NCBI GenBank assembly: GCA_037033105.1
Contig: JAZBLF010000008.1
Coordinates: 93,192-157,191, forward strand
Direction of reading: 5' to 3'
DNA from: Bacteroidota bacterium
GTDB lineage: Bacteria; Bacteroidota; Bacteroidia; Flavobacteriales; Weeksellaceae
DNA: 64,000 nucleotides
Position numbers and translations under genes: made by a program. Positions 9,157-18,717 of this stretch are shown in pieces; the stretch's first letter is position 1, and the number at the start of each line of letters is the position of its first letter. Under the pieces are notes generated by a model that saw only the letters and a program-made list of their open reading frames with translations, made no database searches and was not told the origin of the DNA.

Positions 9157-9782
9157 TGGAATATTCAAAAGAATTCAAGCTGGCTTTGAGCGAGTTTTCT
9201 CCGGCAGAAAAAGATAAATTGATTTTCAGGTTGTTAAAAAAAGACAAATTGCTTTCCAAAAAACTCTATTTTGAATTGATCGATCCTGAAACCGTTGATA
9301 ACAAGCGAGATGCGATGGAAGAAATCATTCGCGAAAAAGTTTCGTTGGCTTCAAAATATATTTCGAATCAAAAGTATTTCCTCGTTCTCATCAGAAAAAT
9401 CAGTGCAGAGATTACCGAGCACGTGAAAATTACAACGGATAAATTCGGTGACGTTTCTCTGAATTTATTTTTAATCAACGAAATCCTGGAATACAACGAT
9501 AAACTTGGGACGCAAAGATTTGACAACATTTACAAACTCTACATTTATCTCATCAATAAAATCTTTAAAGCGCTGACTTTGACGAAAAAACTGGACGAAG
9601 ATTACTGGATGGAAATCGATGAATTTCTGGAGAACCTTAATGAAAAAATTGACGGCAATATTTATTTCCAGAAACTCTGCACAAACAATGGCTTAGATTT
9701 CAACTGGCTGAAATGCGAAAACATCCCCGACCATTTTGAATTGATTGTGAAAGGAATTAAGAGTGAGGGATTTTTGAGGTAA
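9156..9782 (+). CDS. Conserved hypothetical helical protein
   Basis: 208-aa ORF whose start overlaps the upstream stop (TAATG); no motif recognised. Confidence 0.7.
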   Translation: MEYSKEFKLALSEFSPAEKDKLIFRLLKKDKLLSKKLYFELIDPETVDNKRDAMEEIIREKVSLASKYISNQKYFLVLIRKISAEITEHVKITTDKFGDVSLNLFLINEILEYNDKLGTQRFDNIYKLYIYLINKIFKALTLTKKLDEDYWMEIDEFLENLNEKIDGNIYFQKLCTNNGLDFNWLKCENIPDHFELIVKGIKSEGFLR

Positions 9783-9876
9783 AAAAAATAAAAGTATATT
9801 TTCATCTCGCCAATTTGGCAGATGAAACAGATTTTCAGCCCACTTAAATCTGTGAAATCAGATTGATCTGCGAGAA

Positions 9877-11148
9877 TTAATTTCCATCAAATGACACCAT
9901 CTTCTTCAAAATAATTTCCGTAGAATTGGGTTGAGATTTTACAAAGTCTCCTGCATTTTTAGACATTTCGTGCAGATAAGAAACACTTCCTTCTTCCGCT
10001 GCCAGATCGGTTTTCATCACTTCCTCTATAAACGCCGCAGCAGTCACAAAATCTTCAAAGCTTTTGCCGCCTTTGGCTTTAATTAAATCATCGGCTTCCG
10101 GATTTTTCTGATACTGATTTCCGAAAATCACAGGTACGCCGTAAACCGCTGCTTCCAGAATATTGTGTAAGCCTGCCGAATGAAATCCGCCGCCAACAAC
10201 CGCCAAATCTGCATAGGAATACAATTTGGAAAGCTTTCCGATGCTGTCTATAATCAGAATCTGATAGTTGGAATCCTGAAGCGTTGGCGAGCCGGAAAGC
10301 GCACTGTATAGAATGGCATTTGGAAATAGTTTCAGTAAATGCGGAATGCGGTGCAAGTCGTGCGGCGCAATTGCAAATTTGGTTTCCGGAAGTTTTTTGA
10401 CCAAAAGCTGTGCAATATCTTCCTCCGTCTGCCAACTGCTTCCGAAAACAAGCAACTTGTCATTGCGTTTAAAATTTTCTATAAAATCCAGCTGGTTGTC
10501 TCTTTCCAAAAACTGCTTTACACGGTCAAATCTGGTATCACCGGAAACGGAAGAGTTGATCAGTCCAATATTTTTGGCCAAAGCGGAAGACTTAATCGTC
10601 TGATGAAAAAACCAGTCGATGTTGTTTTTGAGCTGCTTGGAAAACCATTTCCCATAATTTTCAAAGAAGATCTGATGTTCATAAAAAAGGGCGGAAATCA
10701 CATAATTTTTAGTCCCTCTCTGCTTCAGTTCGCTGAGAAGATTGTACCAGTAATCGTATTTTACCGTAAAAAAAATCTTGCAGTCAAAACTTCCAACAAA
10801 CTCCTGAACATCTTTTTTCCGGTCAAAAGGCAGGTAACAGACTGCATCTGCGAGATGTTTTCTCTTCTTGACATTATCATATCCTGACGGCGAAAAAAAT
10901 GTGATGAGAACTTTATAATCCTGAAATTGCTCTTTGAGACGCTCTAAAACAGGCAGACCCTGCTCATATTCGCCTAAGCTGGAAGCATGCATCCACAGGA
11001 CTTTGTCTTCGGGAGAAAAAGCATTTTTGACGATTTGCAGCGATTGTTTTCTGCCCCGCACTCCTTTTTTGGTCTTGGAACTGACTAGGGAGAAGACATT
11101 CATCCCAAAAATCATCAGGCGGACGAAGAGATTGTATAGTGATTTCAT
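9877..11148 (-). CDS. waaA: 3-deoxy-D-manno-octulosonic acid transferase
   Basis: WMHASSLGEYE, SGDTRFD, IAPH, HNILEAA motifs. Confidence 0.92.
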   Translation of the reverse strand: MKSLYNLFVRLMIFGMNVFSLVSSKTKKGVRGRKQSLQIVKNAFSPEDKVLWMHASSLGEYEQGLPVLERLKEQFQDYKVLITFFSPSGYDNVKKRKHLADAVCYLPFDRKKDVQEFVGSFDCKIFFTVKYDYWYNLLSELKQRGTKNYVISALFYEHQIFFENYGKWFSKQLKNNIDWFFHQTIKSSALAKNIGLINSSVSGDTRFDRVKQFLERDNQLDFIENFKRNDKLLVFGSSWQTEEDIAQLLVKKLPETKFAIAPHDLHRIPHLLKLFPNAILYSALSGSPTLQDSNYQILIIDSIGKLSKLYSYADLAVVGGGFHSAGLHNILEAAVYGVPVIFGNQYQKNPEADDLIKAKGGKSFEDFVTAAAFIEEVMKTDLAAEEGSVSYLHEMSKNAGDFVKSQPNSTEIILKKMVSFDGN

Positions 11149-11151
11149 CTT

Positions 11152-11494
11152 TTATTTTTCTACTGCAAATTTATCATTATTTGTGGAAGGATTGGAGATG
11201 ACCAAGAATTCCAAATCATTTTCTGTATCATTTTCTATCAAGTGACTTTGGTTTGGCAAATGTGAAAGCCTGAATTCTCGGGCACTTCCAAAATATTTCC
11301 TTCTTTATGAAATTTTGCTTTCCTTTGAGAATAAAGAAAAACTGTTGTGCATTTTTGTGAAAATGAAGTTGCTCTTTTGTTTTCGGAGGCATTATTTCTT
11401 GTTTGATAGAAGGATTTTTGGAGTTCAATAAAACCCGGCTGTCACAATTGTTGCCCCAGATATAATGTTCGGAATCCTCTTTTGATGTTATCAT
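11152..11494 (-). pseudogene. Cupin-domain gene with two frameshifts
   Basis: HYIWG...HFH..AQQFFFILKG continues in a shifted frame as AKFHKEGNILEVPENSGFHI, then in another shift as PNQSHLIEN...LEFLVISNPS to TAA at 11152-11154. Confidence 0.75.
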
Positions 11495-11544
11495 CGTCTG
11501 TTTTTGATTAAGGCAAATTTAATTATCAGTAAGGATAATGTTAA

Positions 11545-11625
11545 AATTTAAACGCAAAGTTCGCCAAGACTTTTTGAAATTATTGAAAATATTTAAGGTT
11601 CGCAAAGACGTAAAACTCAGCAAAA
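11545..11625. repeat. Family E dispersed element
   Basis: 11592-11624 TTTAAGGTTCGCAAAGACGTAAAACTCAGCAAA is nearly the reverse complement of 17628-17659; the CGCAAAGTTCGC part has a counterpart at about 17680-17700. Confidence 0.65.
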
Positions 11626-11651
11626 ACATACAAATTATTAAAACGTAGTTT

Positions 11652-11697
11652 TGTCATTCTGAAAGAATCTCAACAGTCTAGATTCTTTCAGAATGAC
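11652..11697. repeat. Family C REP-like inverted pair
   Basis: GTCATTCTGAAAGAATCT (11653-11670) and AGATTCTTTCAGAATGAC (11680-11697) form a perfect 18-bp inverted repeat; another copy at 47180-47197. Confidence 0.85.
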
Positions 11698-11803
11698 TAT
11701 ATTGAGTGTTTTGTCGAATCTTGTTTTATATTGGAACCCGCAGCCCGACTTATCTCATTTTTTTTATTTCTTTATTTGAATCGATGAACCACTTCGTTAG
11801 GTT

Positions 11804-11875
11804 TGAGTGGAGCTCTTTTTTGGATTGGGAAAGGCTTGGCAAAAAAAGCGGGAACGGAAGGCGGAAAAGCTGCCA
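11804..11875. repeat. Family A element copy
   Basis: TGAGTGGAGCTCTTTT...TTGGGAAAGGCTTGG...AAAAAAGCGGGAACGGA matches the reverse complement of 8091-8190. Confidence 0.8.
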
Positions 11876-11998
11876 TAAGAAAATATAATAACAAGGTTTC
11901 GACGAATGTCAAATAGCTGCCCAAATAATTCAATTGATAAGTTGTTGAAAATTATTAGAAAAAAGTTTTCAAATACTTGCGGCGCAAAATAAAAGCTG

Positions 11999-12006
11999 TA
12001 TATTTG
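11999..12006 (+). promoter_or_regulatory. Bacteroidota -7 promoter element for rpmH
   Basis: TATATTTG, with TTG at 11977-11979 as a possible -33 element. Confidence 0.6.
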
Positions 12007-12050
12007 CAATCTGAAAATTTAACAGTAATTACGAACTAAATATATTAGTG

Positions 12051-12209
12051 ATGAGTAAAAGAACATTCCAACCATCTGAGAGAAAAAGAAGAAACAAACA
12101 CGGTTTCCGTGAAAGAATGTCTACACCAAACGGAAGACGAGTGTTGGCAGCTAGAAGAGCGAAAGGCAGAAAGAGTTTAACTGTTAGTGCACAGCGCGCT
12201 AAGAGATAA
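12051..12209 (+). CDS. rpmH: 50S ribosomal protein L34
   Basis: [43 protein letters not shown]; 52 aa, below the ORF-track cutoff. Confidence 0.97.
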   Translation: MSKRTFQPSERKRRNKHGFRERMSTPNGRRVLAARRAKGRKSLTVSAQRAKR

Positions 12210-12231
12210 TTTCTTAAAAATTATCATATAC

Positions 12232-12265
12232 AAAAAGTGTCTGAACGTGGTTTCAGACATTTTTT
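12232..12265 (+). terminator. Intrinsic terminator after rpmH
   Basis: GTGTCTGAA/TTCAGACAT stem followed by a T-tract. Confidence 0.75.
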
Positions 12266-12373
12266 GTTGTTAAAATTTCCCAAAAATAGAAACATTACAA
12301 TATGTTTTTATTATTTTTGAATTGATAATTTGTTCAATCATTTATCATTCATCACTTATCAATTATCGCAATT

Positions 12374-13084
12374 ATGCCGCATAGAAACGACCCGGGAGTA
12401 GATATTATAGATTTGAGCAACGCTAAGATTGTTCAGAAAAACTTCACCGTTCTTAATGATGTTGACCTTCATATTAAAAAAGGAAAATTCTGCTACCTTA
12501 TCGGGAAAACAGGTTCCGGAAAGAGTTCTCTTTTGAAAGTACTCTACGGACAACTGCCTTTGCAAGGCGGAAGCGGACAGGTGGCCGGTTTCGATTTGAA
12601 GAAATTGAAACAGTCAGAAGTTCCAAATCTGAGAAGAAAACTGGGAATTGTTTTCCAGGATTTTCAGCTTTTACCGGACAGAAATATTGAGAAAAATCTT
12701 CTATTTGTTTTGCAAGCGACCGGCTGGAAAGACAAATTGAAAATGGAAGCGAGAATTGACGAAGTATTGTCCAGCGTAGGGATGAAAACCAAAAAGCACA
12801 AAATGCCACATCAACTTTCCGGAGGTGAACAACAGCGTGCTGCGATTGCAAGAGCTCTGCTAAACCACCCGGAATTAATTCTTGCGGATGAGCCGACTGG
12901 AAATCTGGACCCGGAAACCTCCAACGACATTATGACGCTTCTGAAGAATCTTGCTGAGGAAAACCATTGCGCAGTAGTGATGGCAACGCACGATTATCAT
13001 ATGATTCAGAATTATCCTGGCGAAGCAATACGTTGTGAGAATGGACAGGTTTCTGTTTTGGATACGGCGGAACTTTTTGAGTAG
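12374..13084 (+). CDS. ftsE: ABC ATP-binding protein, FtsE-like
   Basis: Walker A GKTGSGKS, signature [17 protein letters not shown]; [10 protein letters not shown] typical of FtsE. Confidence 0.8.
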   Translation: MPHRNDPGVDIIDLSNAKIVQKNFTVLNDVDLHIKKGKFCYLIGKTGSGKSSLLKVLYGQLPLQGGSGQVAGFDLKKLKQSEVPNLRRKLGIVFQDFQLLPDRNIEKNLLFVLQATGWKDKLKMEARIDEVLSSVGMKTKKHKMPHQLSGGEQQRAAIARALLNHPELILADEPTGNLDPETSNDIMTLLKNLAEENHCAVVMATHDYHMIQNYPGEAIRCENGQVSVLDTAELFE

Positions 13085-13123
13085 AAATTAGAAGTTAGAG
13101 ATTAGAATTTAGAGGTTAGATTT
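13082..13123 (+). repeat. Heptamer tandem array (TAGANNT x6)
   Basis: tagaaat tagaagt tagagat tagaatt tagaggt tagattt; the first unit starts at the stop codon. Confidence 0.9.
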
Positions 13124-13161
13124 AATTCCAAAGTTTAAAATATAGAACCTTTCTGAAATTA

Positions 13162-13866
13162 TCAGAGAGTTTTTTTTGTGAATAGATGGAAGTCTTTTGT
13201 CAGCTCAAGATATTCATCGGAATAGACTCTTGGGGATTTTTCTATGACGAAGTTTTCAACTTTTGTTTCTGTTTCTTTAAATGAATATTCTAAAACTAAG
13301 CGTTTCGGTTCTGAGGTTTTAATACCTTTAATGCTGACTTTTCGTTGAAGAAATAATTTAGTTTCAAAACAAATCTTAGTGAATTCTTTTTCAGAATCGA
13401 CTGGAATGACCACGGTGAAACATCCATTTTCGGAAAGCAGCTGACTTGATTTTTTTATTAAATCAGAAAAATTCAATTCTAACCTTTGTCTTGCGAGAAT
13501 GTCTTTTTCTGAGGAATTAACTTCAAAATAAGGCGGATTTGAAATGATTAAATCAAATTTTTCTTCAGTTACAAAGCTTTTTAAATCCTGAAGCTGGCTT
13601 TTGACCCTATCAGAAAAAGGAGAACTGGCAAAGTTGCTCTGAGAAATACTGACGGCATCAGAATTAATATCAATAGCTAAAATATTTGCTTCCGGATTTC
13701 TTTGAGCTATCATCAATGAAATAATACCGGTTCCGGTTCCGACTTCTAAAACACGATTTGCTTGTGAAACTTCGGCTAAGGCTCCGAGCAAAACAGCATC
13801 TGTGCCTACACGAAAGACTTCCGGACTCTGATGGATATCAAACTGCTGAAAACGGAAAGGTCTCAT
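13162..13866 (-). CDS. yfiC: tRNA1(Val) (adenine37-N6)-methyltransferase
   Basis: FRFQQF, VGTDAVLLG, LEVGTGTG, ISNPPYF motifs. Confidence 0.85.
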   Translation of the reverse strand: MRPFRFQQFDIHQSPEVFRVGTDAVLLGALAEVSQANRVLEVGTGTGIISLMIAQRNPEANILAIDINSDAVSISQSNFASSPFSDRVKSQLQDLKSFVTEEKFDLIISNPPYFEVNSSEKDILARQRLELNFSDLIKKSSQLLSENGCFTVVIPVDSEKEFTKICFETKLFLQRKVSIKGIKTSEPKRLVLEYSFKETETKVENFVIEKSPRVYSDEYLELTKDFHLFTKKTL

Positions 13867-13869
13867 TGA

Positions 13870-15324
13870 TTATAAATTGGAAGGCATAGAAATAATGAAA
13901 GACGCACCCTTATCTTCTTCTGAGGAAACGCTGATTGTCCCGTTGTAGTCTTCTACCATCCGTTTCACCATCGTAAGTCCGATTCCCATACCGCTGTTTT
14001 TAGATGTAAAGTTGGGGTCAAATATTTTCTCCAGCTTATTTTGAGAAATCCCAACGCCGTTATCATTCACCGTGATGCGGATTCTTTTTTCGATCTTTTC
14101 CAGATCTACATTGATGACGGATTTTCTGTCATCTGATTTTGCCTGGCTGGCATTGGTAACCAGATTGGTAATAATCCTTGTGAGATAATCCTTGTCTATC
14201 TTCATCAGAATATTGTCCTGATTGGCATGGACAAAGATATTTTCATCACTGAATATAGTAAGTGCGTTTCTGATTTCCTTATTGAGAGAGATCTCTTCAT
14301 CATTCTTCTGCGGAAGCTGTGCAAATTGCGAAAAGGCGCTGGCTACTCTTGTAATCACATCGATTTGTCCGATGACCACCTCACTCAGATTTTTTACCTT
14401 ATCGGTAATTTTAGGATCATTGGGATCAAATTTCCTTTCAAAGTTCTGCATCATCAGCTTCATTGGCGTGAGCGGATTCTTCACCTCGTGCGCCACCTGC
14501 TTCGCCATTTCCTGCCACGCAGACTGTTTCTCGATATAACTCAGGCGCTCCCGCTGATCGGCAATCTCCGCAATCATCTTATTGTAAGCTTTCACCAAAG
14601 CATTCAGCTCATCATTTTTGTAATATTTGATGGGACGCAGATTTTTATCAAAAAGGTTGATTCTGCTTATCATAGAAGTAAATCTTATGATGGCCTCGGT
14701 CAAATTATTAGAAATAATCCAGCTGAGCCAGATGCTGAAAAGGATGATGAGAATATTGACTCCGATGATGTATGTGAAATAATGCTTGAAAACATCCATA
14801 TACGCACTTTCATTGTGGTAATAGGGAAAATAGATATAAGCGATATTCTCCAGCATATTGTTTTTAAGAACCATATAGGATGAGACGATGCTGGCGCCCA
14901 ATTTGTCGTCGTAAGACTTGTCATCATACTGCTTCCCGTTTTTCCTGATCTCCTGCAGCACTTTTGCCGGCATGATCTTCTGGTCTACCAGATTGGGTTC
15001 TTTGTTGGACAGAAGATATTTCCCTTTAAGATCATAGATGACGATGTCGTGTTTGTTGATGTCTGCAATCTCGTAGATTTCGTTTTCCAGAACTTTGGGA
15101 ATATCATAAGTATGAACCTGAGAATGACTGAGTGCGTAATCCAGAGAAGCCATCAGAGCCTGGGATTTGTTCTGCATGTCTGTCTTGCTCTGCATCTTGG
15201 CATTGTCCCGCAGGATCACAAAAGAAAGAGCGGCCGAAGTGACAACACTCAAGATGGCAATAGTCAGAAATCCGATAAAAACCCTGTTTCTCAGTCGGTA
15301 ACCCTTATAATCACTTAATGGCAT
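13870..15324 (-). CDS. Membrane sensor histidine kinase (NtrY-like), no adjacent response regulator
   Basis: Two TM segments, HAMP (DELNALV..YN.M), H-box AKQVAHEVKNPL, N-box NLVTNA, G-boxes DNGVG and GMGIGL. Confidence 0.92.
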   Translation of the reverse strand: MPLSDYKGYRLRNRVFIGFLTIAILSVVTSAALSFVILRDNAKMQSKTDMQNKSQALMASLDYALSHSQVHTYDIPKVLENEIYEIADINKHDIVIYDLKGKYLLSNKEPNLVDQKIMPAKVLQEIRKNGKQYDDKSYDDKLGASIVSSYMVLKNNMLENIAYIYFPYYHNESAYMDVFKHYFTYIIGVNILIILFSIWLSWIISNNLTEAIIRFTSMISRINLFDKNLRPIKYYKNDELNALVKAYNKMIAEIADQRERLSYIEKQSAWQEMAKQVAHEVKNPLTPMKLMMQNFERKFDPNDPKITDKVKNLSEVVIGQIDVITRVASAFSQFAQLPQKNDEEISLNKEIRNALTIFSDENIFVHANQDNILMKIDKDYLTRIITNLVTNASQAKSDDRKSVINVDLEKIEKRIRITVNDNGVGISQNKLEKIFDPNFTSKNSGMGIGLTMVKRMVEDYNGTISVSSEEDKGASFIISMPSNL

Positions 15325-15381
15325 TTTGCGTTTTCATTTGTATTTTGTCTTGTCCAAGGTCACAAAAGTGACCTATTTCCC

Positions 15382-15990
15382 CTATTTATCTATCAAGCTG
15401 GCCATTGGCGACTTCAACAATTTGGCAACGTACTTTCCGATAATATCAAATTCCAGATTCACGACATCTCCTTTCTGCAACTGTTTCATATTCGTAAACT
15501 CCCAGGTATAAGGAATAATAGCAACAGAAAATTTCCCTTCTCCGCTTTCCGCAACCGTCAGGCTGATGCCGTTTACAGTGATAGAACCTTGCGGAACCGT
15601 TGTATAATCTGCAGATTCATCGTAGTTGATGGTGATGAAATAACTGCCGTCCTTATCCTCAATACTTTCGACAGTTCCCGTCTTGTCCACGTGGCCTTGC
15701 ACAATGTGCCCGTCCAGCCTTCCTTCGAATCGCAAACAGCGTTCCAAATTGACCTCCGTGCCCACATTCCAGAAATTTAGATTGGTTTTTTCCAGCGTTT
15801 CATCTATCGCCGTCACTTTATACGTATTTTCCGTGATCTCGACCACCGTAAGACAACAGCCGTTGTGCGCCAGACTCTGGTCTATTTTCAGCTCCTGAGT
15901 GAAAGGTCCGCTCAGCGTAAAATCTATATTACTTTCGTTTCTGTCAATTTTTTCTACTCTTCCTGTAGCCTCAATAATTCCTGTAAACAT
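15382..15990 (-). CDS. ribC: Riboflavin synthase
   Basis: MFTGIIE N-terminus, NGCCLTV, VNLER, GHIVQGHVD. Confidence 0.95.
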   Translation of the reverse strand: MFTGIIEATGRVEKIDRNESNIDFTLSGPFTQELKIDQSLAHNGCCLTVVEITENTYKVTAIDETLEKTNLNFWNVGTEVNLERCLRFEGRLDGHIVQGHVDKTGTVESIEDKDGSYFITINYDESADYTTVPQGSITVNGISLTVAESGEGKFSVAIIPYTWEFTNMKQLQKGDVVNLEFDIIGKYVAKLLKSPMASLIDK

Positions 15991-16060
15991 TCTCGTTTTG
16001 TAGTTTTAAATCTTTAGGAGCTTAATGACTCCGTCGAACAGTTATTTAATATCTTTTATT

Positions 16061-16282
16061 TGGAGCTGTTTCCCGCTTTCCACTATATCTTTTTCGCATC
16101 AAGTTTTGTCATTCAGAACTTCACGAAGTCCAAGCGAAAAAGGATGCCGTTGCAATCGGGGCTATGGGCTTTGTCATCCGTATCAGCTTTGCCAATTTAT
16201 AAAGATTCCATCGGAATCTAAAAATTTCCTACCGCTTACAAACATAGTTTTTAAAAGAAAAATCCAGGAGAAAACAGCTCCA
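16061..16282. mobile_element. MITE-like element with terminal inverted repeats (Family A-related)
   Basis: TGGAGCTGTTT (16061-16071) and AAACAGCTCCA (16272-16282); internal TCTTTTTCGC...GCGAAAAAGGAT...CGGGGC resembles Family A. Confidence 0.55.
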
Positions 16283-16447
16283 TTTAAAAACTATTTTATC
16301 TTTTGTAATAGAATCCTTCAATTTTCTATGTGTCTATGTGGTTTTAAAAATCCTGACAAGCCGTTTAAATTAGCTTCCGATTCATAAGAAAACCTCCCCA
16401 AAAAATTGTAAATTTGTAAATTCTTTATAAACGTCAAAGATAAACAA

Positions 16448-17533
16448 ATGAGCTCCAAACACCATAAAATCAGAGTAGGAATTTCAATCGGCGATTTCAA
16501 CGGCATCGGTCCCGAGATCATCCTCAAATCTCTGAAAGATAAAACCATCACAGACTTTTTTACGCCTGTCATCTTTGGTTCAGGAAAACTTTTCACTTAT
16601 CAGAAAAACGTTTTTAAACTGCAGACCAACTTCAACTACATCAATGAAGCAAAAGAGGCTCAGGCAGGGAAAATCAATATGGTAAATCTGACCAAGGAAA
16701 ACAGCAACATAGAATTTGGCGTCCCGACGGAAGAATCCACAAAAATGGCCATCGATTCTCTGAATGCTGCTACAGAAGCCTTGCTCGCAAGAGAGATCGA
16801 CGTTCTCGTAACAGCGCCAATCAATAAAGACGAAATGATGAAGTATGGTTTTGCCCACGCTGGCCACACCGGTTATTTCGAAGAAAAAGCAGGCAAAAAA
16901 GCCGTGATGTTTATGGTAAGCGAACATCTTAAAGTTGCAGTGTCCACGCATCACATTCCCGTGGCCGACATTGCAGCAAGCATTACCAAAGAAAATCTCA
17001 CCAAACAGGTCAAGCAATTGGTAGCTACACTGAAAGAAGATTTCTGCGTAGAAAAACCAAAGATTGCCGTTCTGGGACTCAACCCTCACGCTGGCGACGG
17101 TGGCGTGATCGGGAAAGAAGAAATAGAAATCATTCAGCCTGCGATTCAGGATTTATTTAATGAAGGCATTATGGCGTTCGGTCCTTATCCGGCAGACAGT
17201 TTCTTTCAACCAGAAAAATATAAGGCCTTCGACGCCGTTTTAGCAATGTACCACGACCAAGGTTTGGCACCGTTCAAAACGATTGCTTATGAGGAAGGCG
17301 TGAATTACACTGCTGGCTTACCTTTTATCAGAACATCGCCGGACCACGGCGTTGCCTACGATATTGCGGGGAAAAATATAGCTGATGAGACTTCATTTTC
17401 CGAAGCAATTTTCACAGCCATAGAGATTTTTAAAAGCCGTGACGAGTATCAGGAATTGAGAGCACATCGCCTCCGTCCGAAAGCGACACACGCACACAGC
17501 GGACCAGACGAGGATTTACCAAAAGAAAGATAG
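16448..17533 (+). CDS. pdxA: 4-hydroxythreonine-4-phosphate dehydrogenase
   Basis: GDFNGIGPEI, TAPINK, GLNPHAG, MYHDQGL, RTSPDHG. Confidence 0.95.
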   Translation: MSSKHHKIRVGISIGDFNGIGPEIILKSLKDKTITDFFTPVIFGSGKLFTYQKNVFKLQTNFNYINEAKEAQAGKINMVNLTKENSNIEFGVPTEESTKMAIDSLNAATEALLAREIDVLVTAPINKDEMMKYGFAHAGHTGYFEEKAGKKAVMFMVSEHLKVAVSTHHIPVADIAASITKENLTKQVKQLVATLKEDFCVEKPKIAVLGLNPHAGDGGVIGKEEIEIIQPAIQDLFNEGIMAFGPYPADSFFQPEKYKAFDAVLAMYHDQGLAPFKTIAYEEGVNYTAGLPFIRTSPDHGVAYDIAGKNIADETSFSEAIFTAIEIFKSRDEYQELRAHRLRPKATHAHSGPDEDLPKER

Positions 17534-17572
17534 TAATTAGCTGATAGCAATTAGTTTTTTGCTATTGGCCTT
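17531..17572 (+). repeat. Heptamer tandem array (x6)
   Basis: tagtaat tagctga tagcaat tagtttt ttgctat tggcctt; starts at the pdxA TAG. Confidence 0.8.
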
Positions 17573-17627
17573 TAATTCAATATATTAAAATAAAAAACAA
17601 TCAGTAATTAGCTATATTTTTATTAAC

Positions 17628-17705
17628 TTTGCTGAGTTTTACGCCTTGCGAACCTTAAAATACGCGCAATAAGTAATAAAAATCTTTGCGGACTTTGGGT
17701 TAATT
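17628..17705. repeat. Family E dispersed element copy
   Basis: Reverse-complement match to 11545-11625. Confidence 0.65.
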
Positions 17706-17833
17706 TTTTTTGGTTTTACTAGGAATAGGGATCAGTAATACAAGTTTTTGGAAGACTAATTTTTTGCAATTCAAGTATTTCCAAAAATATTTTGTTATTT
17801 GAAAAAATTAAATTATTTTTGCAAACCATTTTT

Positions 17834-18361
17834 ATGGACAGATTTAGAAACTACGACGTTGCTTTTGTAGGCTTAAAAGCCGGAAAGCACGATTTCAATT
17901 ATGAAATCAATCAGGAGTTCTTTGATTTATTTGAGACTGAACAGGAGTTTTTCAACCCAAAAATTAATGTAAATGTTCTTTTGGACAAGCACACGACCTT
18001 TTTGGAATTCATATTCGAAGTTTCAGGAACGGTTCAATTGATTTGCGACATTAGCAATGATGAATTTTCCGAAAACATAGAAAACGATTTGAAAGTTCTT
18101 GTGAAATTTGGAGAAGAATACGATGACAGCAATGAGGATGTGATCACTATCAACAGAAAAGACAGCGATTTCAACATTGCCAATCTTATCTACGAAACGG
18201 TGGTTTTATCAATCCCAATGAAGAAAGTAGCACCTTCTGTAAAAGACAATGATGAATATCAGAATCTTTTAGACAAATACAGTCCAAAAATAATCGAGGA
18301 AGAAGAAGAACAAGTGGACCCGCGATGGGCAGCTTTGAAAAAATTAAAAGATAACAATTAA
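17834..18361 (+). CDS. yceD: DUF177/YceD family protein
   Basis: CDISND, LSIPMKK, DPRWAAL motifs; lies upstream of rpmF. Start moved from the track's 17792 to ATG 17834, just after TATTTTTG (17814-17821). Confidence 0.88.
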   Translation: MDRFRNYDVAFVGLKAGKHDFNYEINQEFFDLFETEQEFFNPKINVNVLLDKHTTFLEFIFEVSGTVQLICDISNDEFSENIENDLKVLVKFGEEYDDSNEDVITINRKDSDFNIANLIYETVVLSIPMKKVAPSVKDNDEYQNLLDKYSPKIIEEEEEQVDPRWAALKKLKDNN

Positions 18362-18410
18362 GAAATAACAACAATATAATTCGAAAGAATTTTTTAAAAA
18401 GTACTAACAA

Positions 18411-18614
18411 ATGGCACATCCTAAAAGAAGACAGTCGTCTACAAGAAGAGATAAAAGAAGAACACACTACAAAGCTGTAGTTCCTCAATTGGCTAAAGAC
18501 GCAACGTCTGGCGAAATGCACCTATACCACAGAGCGCACTGGCACGAAGGAAAACTTTATTACAGAGGAAAAGTTGTAGTAGAGAAAACTGTAGAAACTA
18601 TAGAAGAAAACTAA
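18411..18614 (+). CDS. rpmF: 50S ribosomal protein L32
   Basis: [19 protein letters not shown]. Confidence 0.97.
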   Translation: MAHPKRRQSSTRRDKRRTHYKAVVPQLAKDATSGEMHLYHRAHWHEGKLYYRGKVVVEKTVETIEEN

Positions 18615-18645
18615 GAATTATCTTTGATAATCTTATACTTAGCAT

Positions 18646-18684
18646 AAAAAACCACTCGGATTTTATTAATTTGGGTGGTTTTTT
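18646..18684 (+). terminator. Intrinsic terminator after rpmF
   Basis: AAAAACCACTCGGA/TTTGGGTGGTTTTT stem. Confidence 0.7.
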
Positions 18685-18717
18685 ATTATATTTGGCGTTC
18701 AAAACATTTAAAATTTT

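Noticed and set aside
15991-16300. FMN riboswitch upstream of riboflavin synthase
   Set aside because: None of the conserved FMN aptamer motifs seen; the structure is explained by the MITE-like element.
16025-16387. 120-aa ORF between ribC and pdxA
   Set aside because: It reads through the repeat element and shows no recognisable features.
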